UHGV virus genome: UHGV-1343268
Length of the DNA: 17,098 bases
Direction: 5' to 3' (one strand)
From: a virus
Shown one piece after another: positions 6,952-15,692 of the stretch. Both the position numbers and the translations under genes were made by a program. The notes beneath the pieces are model-generated. The model was not told the DNA's origin and made no database searches. It saw only the letters and a list, made by a program, of their open reading frames with translations. Position 1 is the first letter of the stretch; each line of letters starts with the position of its first letter.

Positions 6952-9745
6952 TATCCGGGTCGCTTTCAGCGCCGTTGACAGGCTGACCCGGCCTGCCGAA
7001 AACGCCCGCCGCCTGATGGGGCAGTTTGGTGACTCCATCCAGCGAACGCAGGGGGCGATTAAAAATCTCGAGCGTCAGGCTCGTTCATTTGAGCGCGCCC
7101 GCGACGCTGTCAGTAAAGCGGATGCGGGTATCGTGAAAGCACGACGCCAGCTTAACGCCCTTAATCAGTTACAACGCACGGGTACAGTGCTCAGCGAAAA
7201 ACAACAAAAGCTGATGCAGCAGTTAAGCACCCGGCTTGAACGCCTGAATGAATCGCGCACACGGGAAATTCAGAAAATGCGGGAGCTTGGCGGAGAGCTG
7301 AAACGCCACGGCATTTCCCTGACAGGCAGCGATAACACCATCCAGCAGGCCATCAGACGCACCGAACAGTACAACAACCAGCTTGAACGCGAACGGCAGG
7401 CGCTTGCGCGTGTAACGCGGGCGCGTGAGTGGTATTCGCGCGCGCAGGAAACCGCGGGAAAACTGAAAACAGGTGGTGCGCTGGCAATTGGTGCGGCAGC
7501 GGCGGGCGGCTATGCTGCCGGGCGTTTTTTGCAGCCCGCGATCGGGTTCGGCAAAGAGATGTCCCGCGTTCAGGCGCTGACGCGAATCGACCAGAACAGC
7601 CCGCAGTTTAAGGCGCTGCGTGAGCAGGCGTTAAAACTTGGCTCTGAAACGCAGTTCACCGCAGGCGATGCCGCCAGTGGGCAGGCATTTCTTGCAATGG
7701 CAGGCTTCACACCGCAGGCCATTCAGGCTGCGCTTCCCGGAGTGCTGAGCATGGCAACGGCTGGCGGTATGGATCTCGGCGAGACGGCAGATATTGGCTC
7801 AAATATCCTGACGCAGTTCGGCCTTTCTGCTGACCAGATGGACCGGGTCGGTGACACACTCACCGCAGCGTTTACCCGTACCAACACTGACCTTCGCGCA
7901 CTGGGCGAAACCATGAAATATGCAGGTCCGGTGGCGGGTAAGCTGGGAATATCGCTGGAGCAGGCCGCAGCGATGGCTGGTGTGCTGGCGAATATGGGCA
8001 TCAGAGGGAGTGATGCCGGGACGGCAATGCGTGCCAGCCTGGCTCGTCTGGCATCACCGCCAAAGGCGGCGGCAGAAGCTCTGAAAGAGCTGGGCGTGTC
8101 CGTCTCGGATGCCGGGGGTAAAATGCGCCCGATGGAGGATGTGCTGGCCGACCTTTATAAAGCCACCCGCAAATACGGGGAAGTTGACCGGGTATCGTTC
8201 TTTAAGGACATTGCCGGAGAAGAGGCTTTCACATCGTTTATGGCGCTCGTTGATGCAGTGGGTGACGGTTCCTTACCCAAACTGAGAAAAGAACTTGAAG
8301 GCGCGCGCGGTGAGGCTGAACGCACAGCAAAGGTTATGGCCAACAACCTTGACGGCGATCTGAAATCACTCGGCAGTGCATGGGAAGGGTTGCGCATCCG
8401 CATTGCAGATCTGATTGACGGTCCGCTGCGTTCTGTCACGCAGTGGCTCACGCGGGTGGTATCAAGGGTGACGGCGCTGGCGCAGGCCCATCCGGCACTG
8501 ACGCGCCAGCTACTGATAGCAGGCGGTGCGTTGCTGGCAATGACTGCAACGGTTGGCTCGTTGTCGCTGGCTATTGGTGTGCTTGCTGGTCCGCTGGCAA
8601 AACTGCGTCTTGGTTTTTCTCTCCTGACCGGATCAATGAATGCTGTCAGGGTCCTGCCAGCACTATGGGGAATGGTGACGGGTTCCGTTTCTTTACTGGG
8701 AGGCGCTATCGGGGCGCTGTTCAGTCCGGTTGGTCTTATCGTGGCTGCGCTTGCCGGAGCTGCCGTCCTTATCTGGAAATACTGGGATCCCATCAGGGCA
8801 TTTTTTGCCGGGGTGTTCAGCGGGATTATGGAAAGGCTGAACCCGTTGCGTGAAACCTTTGAACGGTTTGGCCCTGTTTTTGACGCAATCGGAAGCGGGA
8901 TCAGCCAGGTGTTTAACTGGTTTAAATCGCTGCTGTCACCGATGGAGTCCAGCAAGGAAACGCTGGATAAATGTACCAGTGCTGGCGAGATATTCGGTAA
9001 CGTTCTTGGCGGTGCGTTACAACTTGTTCTGACACCTGCAAAAATGCTACTGGATACGCTGGCGTGGATACTTGAAAAACTTGGCGTCCTTCCGGATGAA
9101 GCGGAAAGGGCGCGCAAGAAAATCGAAGACGCACAGCGTGCGGCCATTCTTCAGGATAAGGTTGCCTTACTTCAGGGGGACCTGGCGAAAATCAATCCGC
9201 CGAAGCCTGTGGAAAATGGCAATGGCACCGGAGGTGATAAACCCAAAGACAACAAACCGCTCACAGACAGCAATACCGGGACGCTACGCAGACTCAGCAA
9301 AATTGCTGATAACACAGGTAAGCTGGTTGATGAGACGAAAAAACGCATTGGCCCTGGCGATATTGTCTTTAAGAACCTGCCCCGCGCACTTGCTGTTCGT
9401 GGGGAGTGGCAGGAGCGGAAGATTGCGCAGGTCAGTAAGCCTGCCCCCGCAATTAATATCACACCCGTAGTCCCGGCTCCGCTGCCTCCGGCGCTGGTCC
9501 CTGTTGTTGCGGCCAGCTCCCGCCCGGTGGCGGAGGCCATACGATCGCCAGTGGCATCAGTTCCTGCAGCTTCCCGTAATCGGGAGCCTGCTGTCTCCAG
9601 ATTTGGCGGTGAAATTCATGTTCATCTGCATAACGTTGTTACGCAGAATCCCCGCGAACTGGCGAAACTGGTCGGTGAAATGGTCAGGGCAGAAATGGAA
9701 CGGCGCGCCCGTGCCGGGCGTGGCAGTTTTTACGATAAAGATTGA
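6938..9745 (+). CDS. T: Tail tape measure protein (P2 gpT-like)
   Basis: Very long ORF (supplied as 6902..9745, 947 aa). Coiled-coil-rich N-terminal half, hydrophobic Gly/Ala-rich segments in the middle, located directly after E/E'. Start is uncertain among GTG 6902, ATG 6929 and ATG 6938; 6938 is chosen because GGGA lies about 9 nt upstream. Confidence 0.9.
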   Translation: MKTLDIRVAFSAVDRLTRPAENARRLMGQFGDSIQRTQGAIKNLERQARSFERARDAVSKADAGIVKARRQLNALNQLQRTGTVLSEKQQKLMQQLSTRLERLNESRTREIQKMRELGGELKRHGISLTGSDNTIQQAIRRTEQYNNQLERERQALARVTRAREWYSRAQETAGKLKTGGALAIGAAAAGGYAAGRFLQPAIGFGKEMSRVQALTRIDQNSPQFKALREQALKLGSETQFTAGDAASGQAFLAMAGFTPQAIQAALPGVLSMATAGGMDLGETADIGSNILTQFGLSADQMDRVGDTLTAAFTRTNTDLRALGETMKYAGPVAGKLGISLEQAAAMAGVLANMGIRGSDAGTAMRASLARLASPPKAAAEALKELGVSVSDAGGKMRPMEDVLADLYKATRKYGEVDRVSFFKDIAGEEAFTSFMALVDAVGDGSLPKLRKELEGARGEAERTAKVMANNLDGDLKSLGSAWEGLRIRIADLIDGPLRSVTQWLTRVVSRVTALAQAHPALTRQLLIAGGALLAMTATVGSLSLAIGVLAGPLAKLRLGFSLLTGSMNAVRVLPALWGMVTGSVSLLGGAIGALFSPVGLIVAALAGAAVLIWKYWDPIRAFFAGVFSGIMERLNPLRETFERFGPVFDAIGSGISQVFNWFKSLLSPMESSKETLDKCTSAGEIFGNVLGGALQLVLTPAKMLLDTLAWILEKLGVLPDEAERARKKIEDAQRAAILQDKVALLQGDLAKINPPKPVENGNGTGGDKPKDNKPLTDSNTGTLRRLSKIADNTGKLVDETKKRIGPGDIVFKNLPRALAVRGEWQERKIAQVSKPAPAINITPVVPAPLPPALVPVVAASSRPVAEAIRSPVASVPAASRNREPAVSRFGGEIHVHLHNVVTQNPRELAKLVGEMVRAEMERRARAGRGSFYDKD

Positions 9746-9751
9746 GGAGTC

Positions 9752-10246
9752 ATGGCCATGATGATGATCTACGGCATGTTTGTTTTTGAGCTGCGCACGT
9801 TGCCGCATCAGCAGTTACAGCAAAATAAAAGCTGGCGGCATGTGAAAAATGAACGCGTTAACCGTTCAGCAAGCTGGCAGTATATCGGGGCAGGCGATGA
9901 TCGCATCGTTCTTTCTGGTGTGCTTTATCCTGAAATTACAGGTGGCGAAGTGTCGCTTTCGTTGCTGACCACGCAGGCATATACAGGACGCCCCTGGCCT
10001 CTGATTGATGGTGTCGGGCAGATTTACGGCATGTATGTACTGACTGAAACGAATACGACCCGCTCCGAGTTTGATCGCTACGGTAAGGCGAAAAAGATAG
10101 AATTTTCACTGACTCTTGAACGCTGTGATGAGGATTTGCGGGAGCGCCTGCAATCCTCATCGTTCAGCGATATGTTGTCCGGCTTCAAAGATAAGGTGAC
10201 ATCATCCCTTAATAGCGCGGCCAGCTCAGTTAAGGGGCTGCTCTGA
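9752..10246 (+). CDS. U: Tail protein U (P2 gpU-like)
   Basis: 164 aa, SD GAGGAG, immediately downstream of T. Size and position match P2 gpU. Confidence 0.82.
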   Translation: MAMMMIYGMFVFELRTLPHQQLQQNKSWRHVKNERVNRSASWQYIGAGDDRIVLSGVLYPEITGGEVSLSLLTTQAYTGRPWPLIDGVGQIYGMYVLTETNTTRSEFDRYGKAKKIEFSLTLERCDEDLRERLQSSSFSDMLSGFKDKVTSSLNSAASSVKGLL

Positions 10247-10322
10247 TTTAACGTATGTCGCCAATTTCCTGATGAAGGTGACTGGCGACTTGCTGTTGTA
10301 TGTCCTTCTCAGAAAATTGTTT

Positions 10323-10351
10323 TTGAATAACAAACAACAGGATTTTATAAT
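10323..10351 (+). promoter_or_regulatory. Near-consensus sigma70 promoter for the acetyltransferase cargo gene
   Basis: TTGAAT (10323-10328), 17-nt spacer, TATAAT (10346-10351), in an AT-rich intergenic region about 50 nt upstream of the cargo gene SD. Confidence 0.6.
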
Positions 10352-10402
10352 CTCTTAACCTTATAACATGTGTGGTCTGAAATAATAATTAAGGAGATTA
10401 TC

Positions 10403-10975
10403 GTGCTGTCTTACCTAATGGCAATTCACTTTGTTTTATTTGGGAACTCTACTAATTTAAAAAACTTCTGGAAACATGAAGTAATTCGGCGGAAACGTAT
10501 GGATATCTGGAGGCTTTTAAGAGAGAAAAAGCAGCGTAACAGGAATTTCCTTTTCTGGTGGCGGTTGGCTAACGAAATGTATATTAATGGTAATAAATTA
10601 CATAAGAAAGCAGCCAAGAAGTTAAACAGTAAAATAATTAACAAATTTGGTTGCGAAATTGGATTGGGCGCAAATATTGGAAAAGGGTTAACAATTCCCC
10701 ATCATGCTGGAATTGTTGTTCATTTTGCTGTTGATGCTGGTGAAAATCTGGTGTTACGACAGAATACGACCATTGGACAGATAGATGGTGACATACCTGG
10801 TTCAAGAGTAAAAATTGGTAGCAACGTTGATATCGGAGCTAATTGTTGCATCATTGGATTATCCCGTAAAATTGGGGATAATGTAAAAATAGGTGCAATG
10901 TCTTTTATAAATAAAGATATACCATCGAACTGCACATATATAACTAAAAAGAGCGGTGCTGTATTGTATAAATAG
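10403..10975 (+). CDS. Hexapeptide-repeat acyltransferase, serine-O-acetyltransferase (CysE/WcaB)-like; cargo gene
   Basis: The C-terminal half carries repeated [LIV]-G-x-x-x-x hexapeptide units (IGLGANIGKGLTI, KIGSNVDIGANCCIIG, KIGDNVKIGAMSFI) resembling the left-handed beta-helix of CysE-type acetyltransferases. Strongly AT-rich. SD AAGGAG (10391-10396) precedes an in-frame GTG at 10403; the ATG at 10418 is an alternative start. The supplied ORF begins at GTG 10370. Confidence 0.78.
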   Translation: MLSYLMAIHFVLFGNSTNLKNFWKHEVIRRKRMDIWRLLREKKQRNRNFLFWWRLANEMYINGNKLHKKAAKKLNSKIINKFGCEIGLGANIGKGLTIPHHAGIVVHFAVDAGENLVLRQNTTIGQIDGDIPGSRVKIGSNVDIGANCCIIGLSRKIGDNVKIGAMSFINKDIPSNCTYITKKSGAVLYK

Positions 10976-10984
10976 AGTACATAA

Positions 10985-11020
10985 AGCCATCGATATTTCT
11001 ATCGATGGCTTTTTCTTTTT
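10985..11020. terminator. Strong intrinsic terminator between the convergent acetyltransferase and tfa genes
   Basis: Perfect 11-bp stem AGCCATCGATA (10985-10995) / TATCGATGGCT (11000-11010), loop TTTC, then TTTTCTTTTT. The T-run overlaps the tfa stop codon. Confidence 0.75.
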
Positions 11021-11597
11021 ATTGTGGGGCGACTGGCCACTCAATATCTGCTGCTACTGTTGTATCAACACGATGCAACAATACTCGATATGTCTTCCAT
11101 GCAGCCAGTAACGATGTCTCTTCCTCCGTCGCAATATCTAAATCTATAGCATCCTGAAGTGGTGCAATATGCTCACTGGCTACCTGCATCAGGCTGTTTT
11201 TTGTTTCTTCCGCCTCCCTTATCCGAAATAGTTTTTCTGCTTCTGCATCTTTCACCCAGGATGTGCCGTTCCACTTCTGATACTCTCCATACGGCGACAA
11301 CCAGGTAACATTTTCCGGTAATGGACCGAGTTCAGAAATAAATAACGAGTCCCCTGATGCCACGTCATAAACCGTTTTACCCCGATGGTCTTCAACGAGA
11401 TGCCACGATGCCTCATCACTGTTGAAAACGGCCACGAAGCCAGCCGGAATATCTGGCGGGGCAATATCGGTACTGTTTGCAGGCAGACCTGTATGAGGTG
11501 GAATGTATGCATCACCTTCACCAATAAACTCATTGGTTCCGGTCAGTAGATTATAAATTTTTATGGTCCGTGAGTGTTCACTCATTCTGAATGTCAT
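11019..11597 (-). CDS. tfa: Tail fibre assembly chaperone (lambda Tfa / P2 gpG class)
   Basis: 192 aa. C-terminal [30 protein letters not shown] resembles the conserved Tfa C-terminus. The start ATG overlaps the tail-fibre stop (TAATG), indicating translational coupling. Confidence 0.85.
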   Translation of the reverse strand: MTFRMSEHSRTIKIYNLLTGTNEFIGEGDAYIPPHTGLPANSTDIAPPDIPAGFVAVFNSDEASWHLVEDHRGKTVYDVASGDSLFISELGPLPENVTWLSPYGEYQKWNGTSWVKDAEAEKLFRIREAEETKNSLMQVASEHIAPLQDAIDLDIATEEETSLLAAWKTYRVLLHRVDTTVAADIEWPVAPQ

Positions 11598-13916
11598 TAT
11601 GCAAGCCTCACAATATAGTTAAATGCGATGTTTTTTACGGTGTTTTCTTTGTTACCCGTAGCGTTAACGGTGATGGTGTGTCCGTGGGGACCAATAATGA
11701 CAGAATGGGCATGAGCACCAATGCCGATAGTGTGGTTATGGGCACCGATATATACATTGTGAGCATGCCCGCCTGCGCTCGACGTGGTACCAGTACCTAA
11801 CGCAGCGTTATAACCGGCTGATACACCATTCCCCGCGCCAGTGTGACCAACAGGTATATTGTGTGAATGATTTCCAGCGCTATTCGTAGTTTTTGTGCCG
11901 TAATCAAATGAACTGGTCGTTTTAGTACCGTAATCAAACGACGATGTGGTTTTCGTCCCCAAATCCGTACTGGATGCGCTGGCGCTGTGGGTGTGCGATT
12001 TAATGCCGTCCTGTTCCTGAGACAATACGGCACGACCACTGCCGGGCTTGCCCTTAATCGTCCAGCCACGCATATCAGGAATAACGCCTGACGGATAAGC
12101 GACTGCAAGTTTCGGGTATGCAGATTTGTCAAAAGTCTGCCCCTGCATCAGGGCATAGCCAGACGGAACGGTATCTGATGGCCACGGGATTGGTGCACCG
12201 ACTGGATAAAACTCTGCAGGAGGATGAGCCGAGGTGTAAAGCTGCGCCCACGGCGACCAGTTTGCGTCGGTCGTATCCCGTCGTGAACGAATAAATGCCG
12301 GAGCATGAGCACCGCTTGTACCACTCCAGCCGATGAGTAACTCACCTTCGCCAACGGCTGTCATCCCTTTCAGGTGAATGATATTTCCATACGCTGTTGG
12401 ATATCCGTTGTTATACACCTCGTATAACTCAAGACCTGTTGCCCCCTGCGTATTGTCTGTCAGCGCGGTTACCCGACCTTTTGAAGACAGATTAACTGAT
12501 GATACTGCTGTTCCACCTGACGGTAATGCCCCGATCTCTGATGCCGTTGGCTTATTTCTGGAGTTATAGTCCCTTCGCCAGCCAGGTGAATAATCTGNNN
12601 NNNNNNNNNNNNNNNNNNNNNNNNNNNNNNNNNNNNNNNNNNNNNNNNNNNNNNNNNNNNAATGCGGATCGTCATCGCTGACTTTATCCCCATTACTTCA
12701 ATGACAGCTCCTGCGAGATGAATATTACCGCAGCCAGTATCAGTAATGATTTTATTATTGCCATAAGACCAGGAACCCTTGCACATCCAGTATGGATGGT
12801 TAAATGCTCCCTGAGAATCCAGCCACTCGATAAACTGTGCAGTCGTCCAGTCTCCTGTTGTTGTGCTTACTGACCCACCGAAGGCACGGCTGGCACCAAT
12901 ATTTTTCGTAAAGGTGTCTTTGCCAGGGATATCCGCACCGTTCTTATCTTTCTGCAGACGTTTCTCAGCATTGTCATTGGCTGCTTTTACTGCCTTTGGC
13001 GTTGCTGCCAGCGTTTCAGACGTGCTGTTGGTCGCGCTGCTTAGCTGGACTATCCCTTTCTGTGCTGTCGTTGCATCCTGTGCGGTGTATTTCCCGTCAG
13101 CCAGGTCATACGCGGCCTTAACTGCTTTTGGCGTTGCCGCCAGCGTTTCAGACGTGCTGTTGGTCGCGCTGCTTAGCTGGACTATCCCTTTCTGTGCTGT
13201 CGTTGCATCCTGTGCGGTGTATTTCCCGTCAGCCAGGTCATACGCGGCCTTAACTGCTTTTGGCGTTGCCGCCAGCGTTTCAGANNNNNNNNNNCAGCCA
13301 GGTCATACGCGGCCTTAACTGCTTTTGGCGTTGCCGCCAGCGTTTCAGAATCGCTGTTAGTGGCGCTACTGAGTTGAACAAAGCCTTTTGCGGTCAGCGA
13401 GGCATCCGGGTGACATCGTGACTGTTCATGCTCTTTCAGTTTGTTATCCACGTAATCCACTGTGGCCATCACCATGGTGTTATCCACGGTAAGCGCCACA
13501 GTGGCAGTGCTGGATACGGTCAGAATGGTGCGAAATGTTTGTGCACGTCCGGACCCTTCGGCAACGGCTGGCTTGTAACTTTCGGCAGTATTGCCCACCG
13601 CGATTAAATCGCCGTGCTCATCAAACACACCAATTTCCCGGATCCAGAATCCGCCCGTTTCTGGAGGAATAACCAGCTCCGCAATAATGCGGTTCTGATG
13701 TGTTGCGTCCAGGATGACGCGATTAACAGTGTGTCGCCACACCTCATGCACCAGACGGGTCTGCTTACTGTCTGGTGTGGGCAACGCGCCGCCACCGTCG
13801 CCCACGGCCATATGAGTCAGGCGGACAGGCTTACCATCTGGCGCGGCTGCCTGAGCTAATTTTTTGGCACCTGTATCGGTGATAACGGTTTTAAATTTTC
13901 GTGTTGTGGTACTCAT
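11597..13916 (-). CDS. H: Mosaic tail fibre protein (P2 gpH-like N-terminus, lambda Stf-like C-terminus); interrupted by two N-runs
   Basis: N-terminal ORF (13916 downward) [24 protein letters not shown]...HEVWRH...[15 protein letters not shown]...[13 protein letters not shown]...[20 protein letters not shown] matches the gpH N-terminal baseplate-attachment region as I recall it. C-terminal segment ...[34 protein letters not shown]...HxH repeats...[11 protein letters not shown] matches the lambda Stf-type tip. By manual translation the frame is continuous from the 12598-12660 gap to the stop at 11597. True length and frame across the gaps cannot be determined. Confidence 0.82.
12598..12660. 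other. Run of 63 ambiguous bases (N), assembly gap or masked segment inside the tail fibre gene
   Basis: Seen in sequence. Confidence 0.95.
12981..13400. repeat. Tandem 132-bp direct repeats (44-aa coding units) inside the tail fibre gene
   Basis: Units 13021-13152 and 13153-13284 appear identical on reading. Diverged partial copies flank them (about 12981-13020 and 13295-13400). The 10-N run at 13285-13294 replaces roughly 77 nt of a unit. On the coding strand the unit encodes ...[44 protein letters not shown]... Confidence 0.9.
13285..13294. other. Run of 10 ambiguous bases (N) inside the tandem-repeat array, probably a collapsed-repeat gap
   Basis: Seen in sequence; the flanking sequence shows repeat phase is not preserved across the N-run. 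Confidence 0.95.
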
Positions 13917-13918
13917 GC

Positions 13919-14449
13919 TTAATCGTCCGGATAAATGGTAATAACTTCACCGTCATGAGTTGCCGCCGCTGCAAAAATATCCCCCGGAATTTCCTGAATG
14001 ATATTCAGCCCTGTCATGTGGCGGCTGACCGGACGGGCATCAGCAATCAACCGCTCCATTTCCAGATACATTTCCTCCGTCACGCCACTGTCCAGTGTGC
14101 CGACTTCAACGGTAAATGTTCCCGGTTCTCCGCCGAACTCCCACCACTCAGACACGCGAATGAGGTATCCCAGCGGCTCAATGGCCCTGCGCAGTGCGCT
14201 GATGGTCCCTTTGTGTCGGTGTGTCAGCCATGCATCACGAATCACCTGTCGTTTTGTCTCTTCCGGCCAGTTGCGATCCCAGCGGTCAACGGAAAATGCC
14301 CAGGCGAGATAAGGCAGCAGGTGCACCGGGCAGGTGTCCGGCGACCACAGCGTGTTGAGGTCTACCGGGATGTCTGTAATGCGCGTTCCGACAGCTTCGG
14401 CACAACGCATGAAACTGCTGGCTGATGGTGGTAACAGTGAATTACTCAT
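13919..14449 (-). CDS. I: Baseplate protein (P2 gpI-like)
   Basis: Supplied ORF 13919..14482; the likely start is the internal ATG at 14449 (MSNSLLPPSASSFMRC...), which overlaps the J stop (AATGAGTAA). Motifs LW-PDTCP and LPYLAWAFSVDRWD match recalled gpI. Sits between J and H as in P2. Confidence 0.88.
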   Translation of the reverse strand: MSNSLLPPSASSFMRCAEAVGTRITDIPVDLNTLWSPDTCPVHLLPYLAWAFSVDRWDRNWPEETKRQVIRDAWLTHRHKGTISALRRAIEPLGYLIRVSEWWEFGGEPGTFTVEVGTLDSGVTEEMYLEMERLIADARPVSRHMTGLNIIQEIPGDIFAAAATHDGEVITIYPDD

Positions 14450-15338
14450 TGCGCCCACCTTCGCTGATGGTGAACGACTCACAGCGCGCCGCCTGTATGT
14501 CGCTGATGGCCATATTCTGTGTGGGTTCGATTATCTCCACGCGTTGCACACCGTGCACATGCAGTGCGGCAGCAATGGCGGACAACGCCACGTCCTGACC
14601 GATAAGCCCCTGCTCAGCCAGCCACTTCCTGAACGACGATTCAGCCGCCGCCAGAATAGGTTCGGATTCCGGGCCGGGGTAAAAGTACAGTTTTGCATTC
14701 AGCCGCCATGTCACGATTCTGGCGCTCTGTACCGTCAGGCGGTCGGCCACCGGGCGGGTATCCTCTGCATTCAGAACGGCGCGAACGGTATTAAGCAACG
14801 CCTCCGTTGCTGTGCCGTCGCCTTCAGTGGACAGGATGGAAACCGTCACATTTGCCGGAGACGGACTGATAGCCCGCGCATCACGCACCAGACCGCTGGC
14901 GCTGCGGGCAAAATACTCGTATGCACCTGACGGGCCAGCAACACTCAGGCCATCGTACGCCCGCTGCGCCCGCAGTCTCAGCGATGTGTCGCTTTCCATC
15001 ACCGCGTCGGTGGTATCCGTTGCCGGAGTGATAACCAGGCGCTTTGTGTTCATATTGCCCGCGAGGTTGTCCAGGTCTGTCCCGGTGCTGTGGCTTAACA
15101 TGCAGGCGCGTGCACCCTCATTGACCCGCTGGCGTAACAGCATTTCACGAAACGCTGTTGTCTGGGCGATAACGTTCAGGGGTTCCGATTCCAGCTCCAG
15201 CGCGGCGGAGACGGCTTCACGCTGTTCGGCAGGATAGGACGCAATCATCATGGCCTTTGTGTCAGCCAGAATTGCCTCAAAATCAGGCTTCGCGATGATG
15301 GCGGGTTCCGGTAACTGGGAAAGGTCAACAGCAGGCAT
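14442..15338 (-). CDS. J: Baseplate assembly protein J (P2 gpJ-like)
   Basis: 298 aa, between W and I, size as expected for gpJ. Assignment rests mainly on synteny and size. Confidence 0.88.
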   Translation of the reverse strand: MPAVDLSQLPEPAIIAKPDFEAILADTKAMMIASYPAEQREAVSAALELESEPLNVIAQTTAFREMLLRQRVNEGARACMLSHSTGTDLDNLAGNMNTKRLVITPATDTTDAVMESDTSLRLRAQRAYDGLSVAGPSGAYEYFARSASGLVRDARAISPSPANVTVSILSTEGDGTATEALLNTVRAVLNAEDTRPVADRLTVQSARIVTWRLNAKLYFYPGPESEPILAAAESSFRKWLAEQGLIGQDVALSAIAAALHVHGVQRVEIIEPTQNMAISDIQAARCESFTISEGGRNE

Positions 15339-15341
15339 GAT

Positions 15342-15692
15342 TTACTCCCTCAGCGTGATGGTTAACTCAACATTCTGCATGGTCTGCATGACAGTGCCCG
15401 ACAGCGTCACCCCGGCGCGGCCTCCCGCTTTCCAGACAACGTCGATGGCATCCAGGGCAATGCGGGGTTCCCATCGTGTCAGCGCAATCACGGCAGCACT
15501 CATGCATTGCAGACGCGTGGTGTTATTCATGGGTTCGTCAATCAAATCAGGCACAAGGCTGCCATATTCCCGTCGCATAACCCGGCTGGCCAGCGGGGTG
15601 GTCAGGATGTCCCTGACTGACTGTTTCAGGTGCTCCGTATCGTTCAGGTTTCCCGTCCCGTCCGGATTCATTCCTGTGTAGCGGGTTGTCAC
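15342..15692 (-). CDS. W: Baseplate wedge protein W (P2 gpW / T4 gp25-like)
   Basis: 116 aa, size and position (V then W then J) as in P2. Start overlaps the V stop (ATGA). Confidence 0.85.
   Translation of the reverse strand: MTTRYTGMNPDGTGNLNDTEHLKQSVRDILTTPLASRVMRREYGSLVPDLIDEPMNNTTRLQCMSAAVIALTRWEPRIALDAIDVVWKAGGRAGVTLSGTVMQTMQNVELTITLRE

Noticed and set aside
8155-9147. 330-aa ORF on the minus strand inside the tape-measure gene
   Set aside because: Antisense to a well-supported long gene in GC-rich DNA; Ala/Ser/Pro/Arg-rich low-complexity translation typical of spurious antisense ORFs; no SD or start context.
10258-10289. Hairpin after U (GTCGCCA...TGGCGAC) as the FI-operon terminator
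   Set aside because: 7-bp stem with an 18-nt loop and weak T-tract; too weak to call a terminator confidently.
12598-12660. N-runs as a biological signal
   Set aside because: Ambiguous base calls represent missing data (assembly gap or mask), not sequence; they only make the tail-fibre gene length uncertain.
12863-13318. 151-aa plus-strand ORF with internally repeated peptide
   Set aside because: It is the antisense reading of the 132-bp tandem repeats in the tail-fibre gene; the repetition is a DNA-repeat artefact, not a separate gene.
12981-13400. Possible CRISPR array (regular direct repeats)
   Set aside because: The repeats are 132 bp, contiguous with no unique spacers, and in-frame coding sequence of the tail fibre; no cas genes are present.
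11019-13916. Invertible tail-fibre segment (Mu G / P1 C / e14 pin-type shufflon), suggested by the Stf-like C-terminus and Tfa
   Set aside because: No site-specific invertase gene, no inverted-repeat crossover sites and no alternative C-terminal cassette in opposite orientation were seen in the window.
14334-15681. Several plus-strand ORFs (14334..14930, 14812..15237, 15250..15681) across the baseplate genes
   Set aside because: Antisense to the J, I and W genes, which are supported by motifs, coupling overlaps and synteny.
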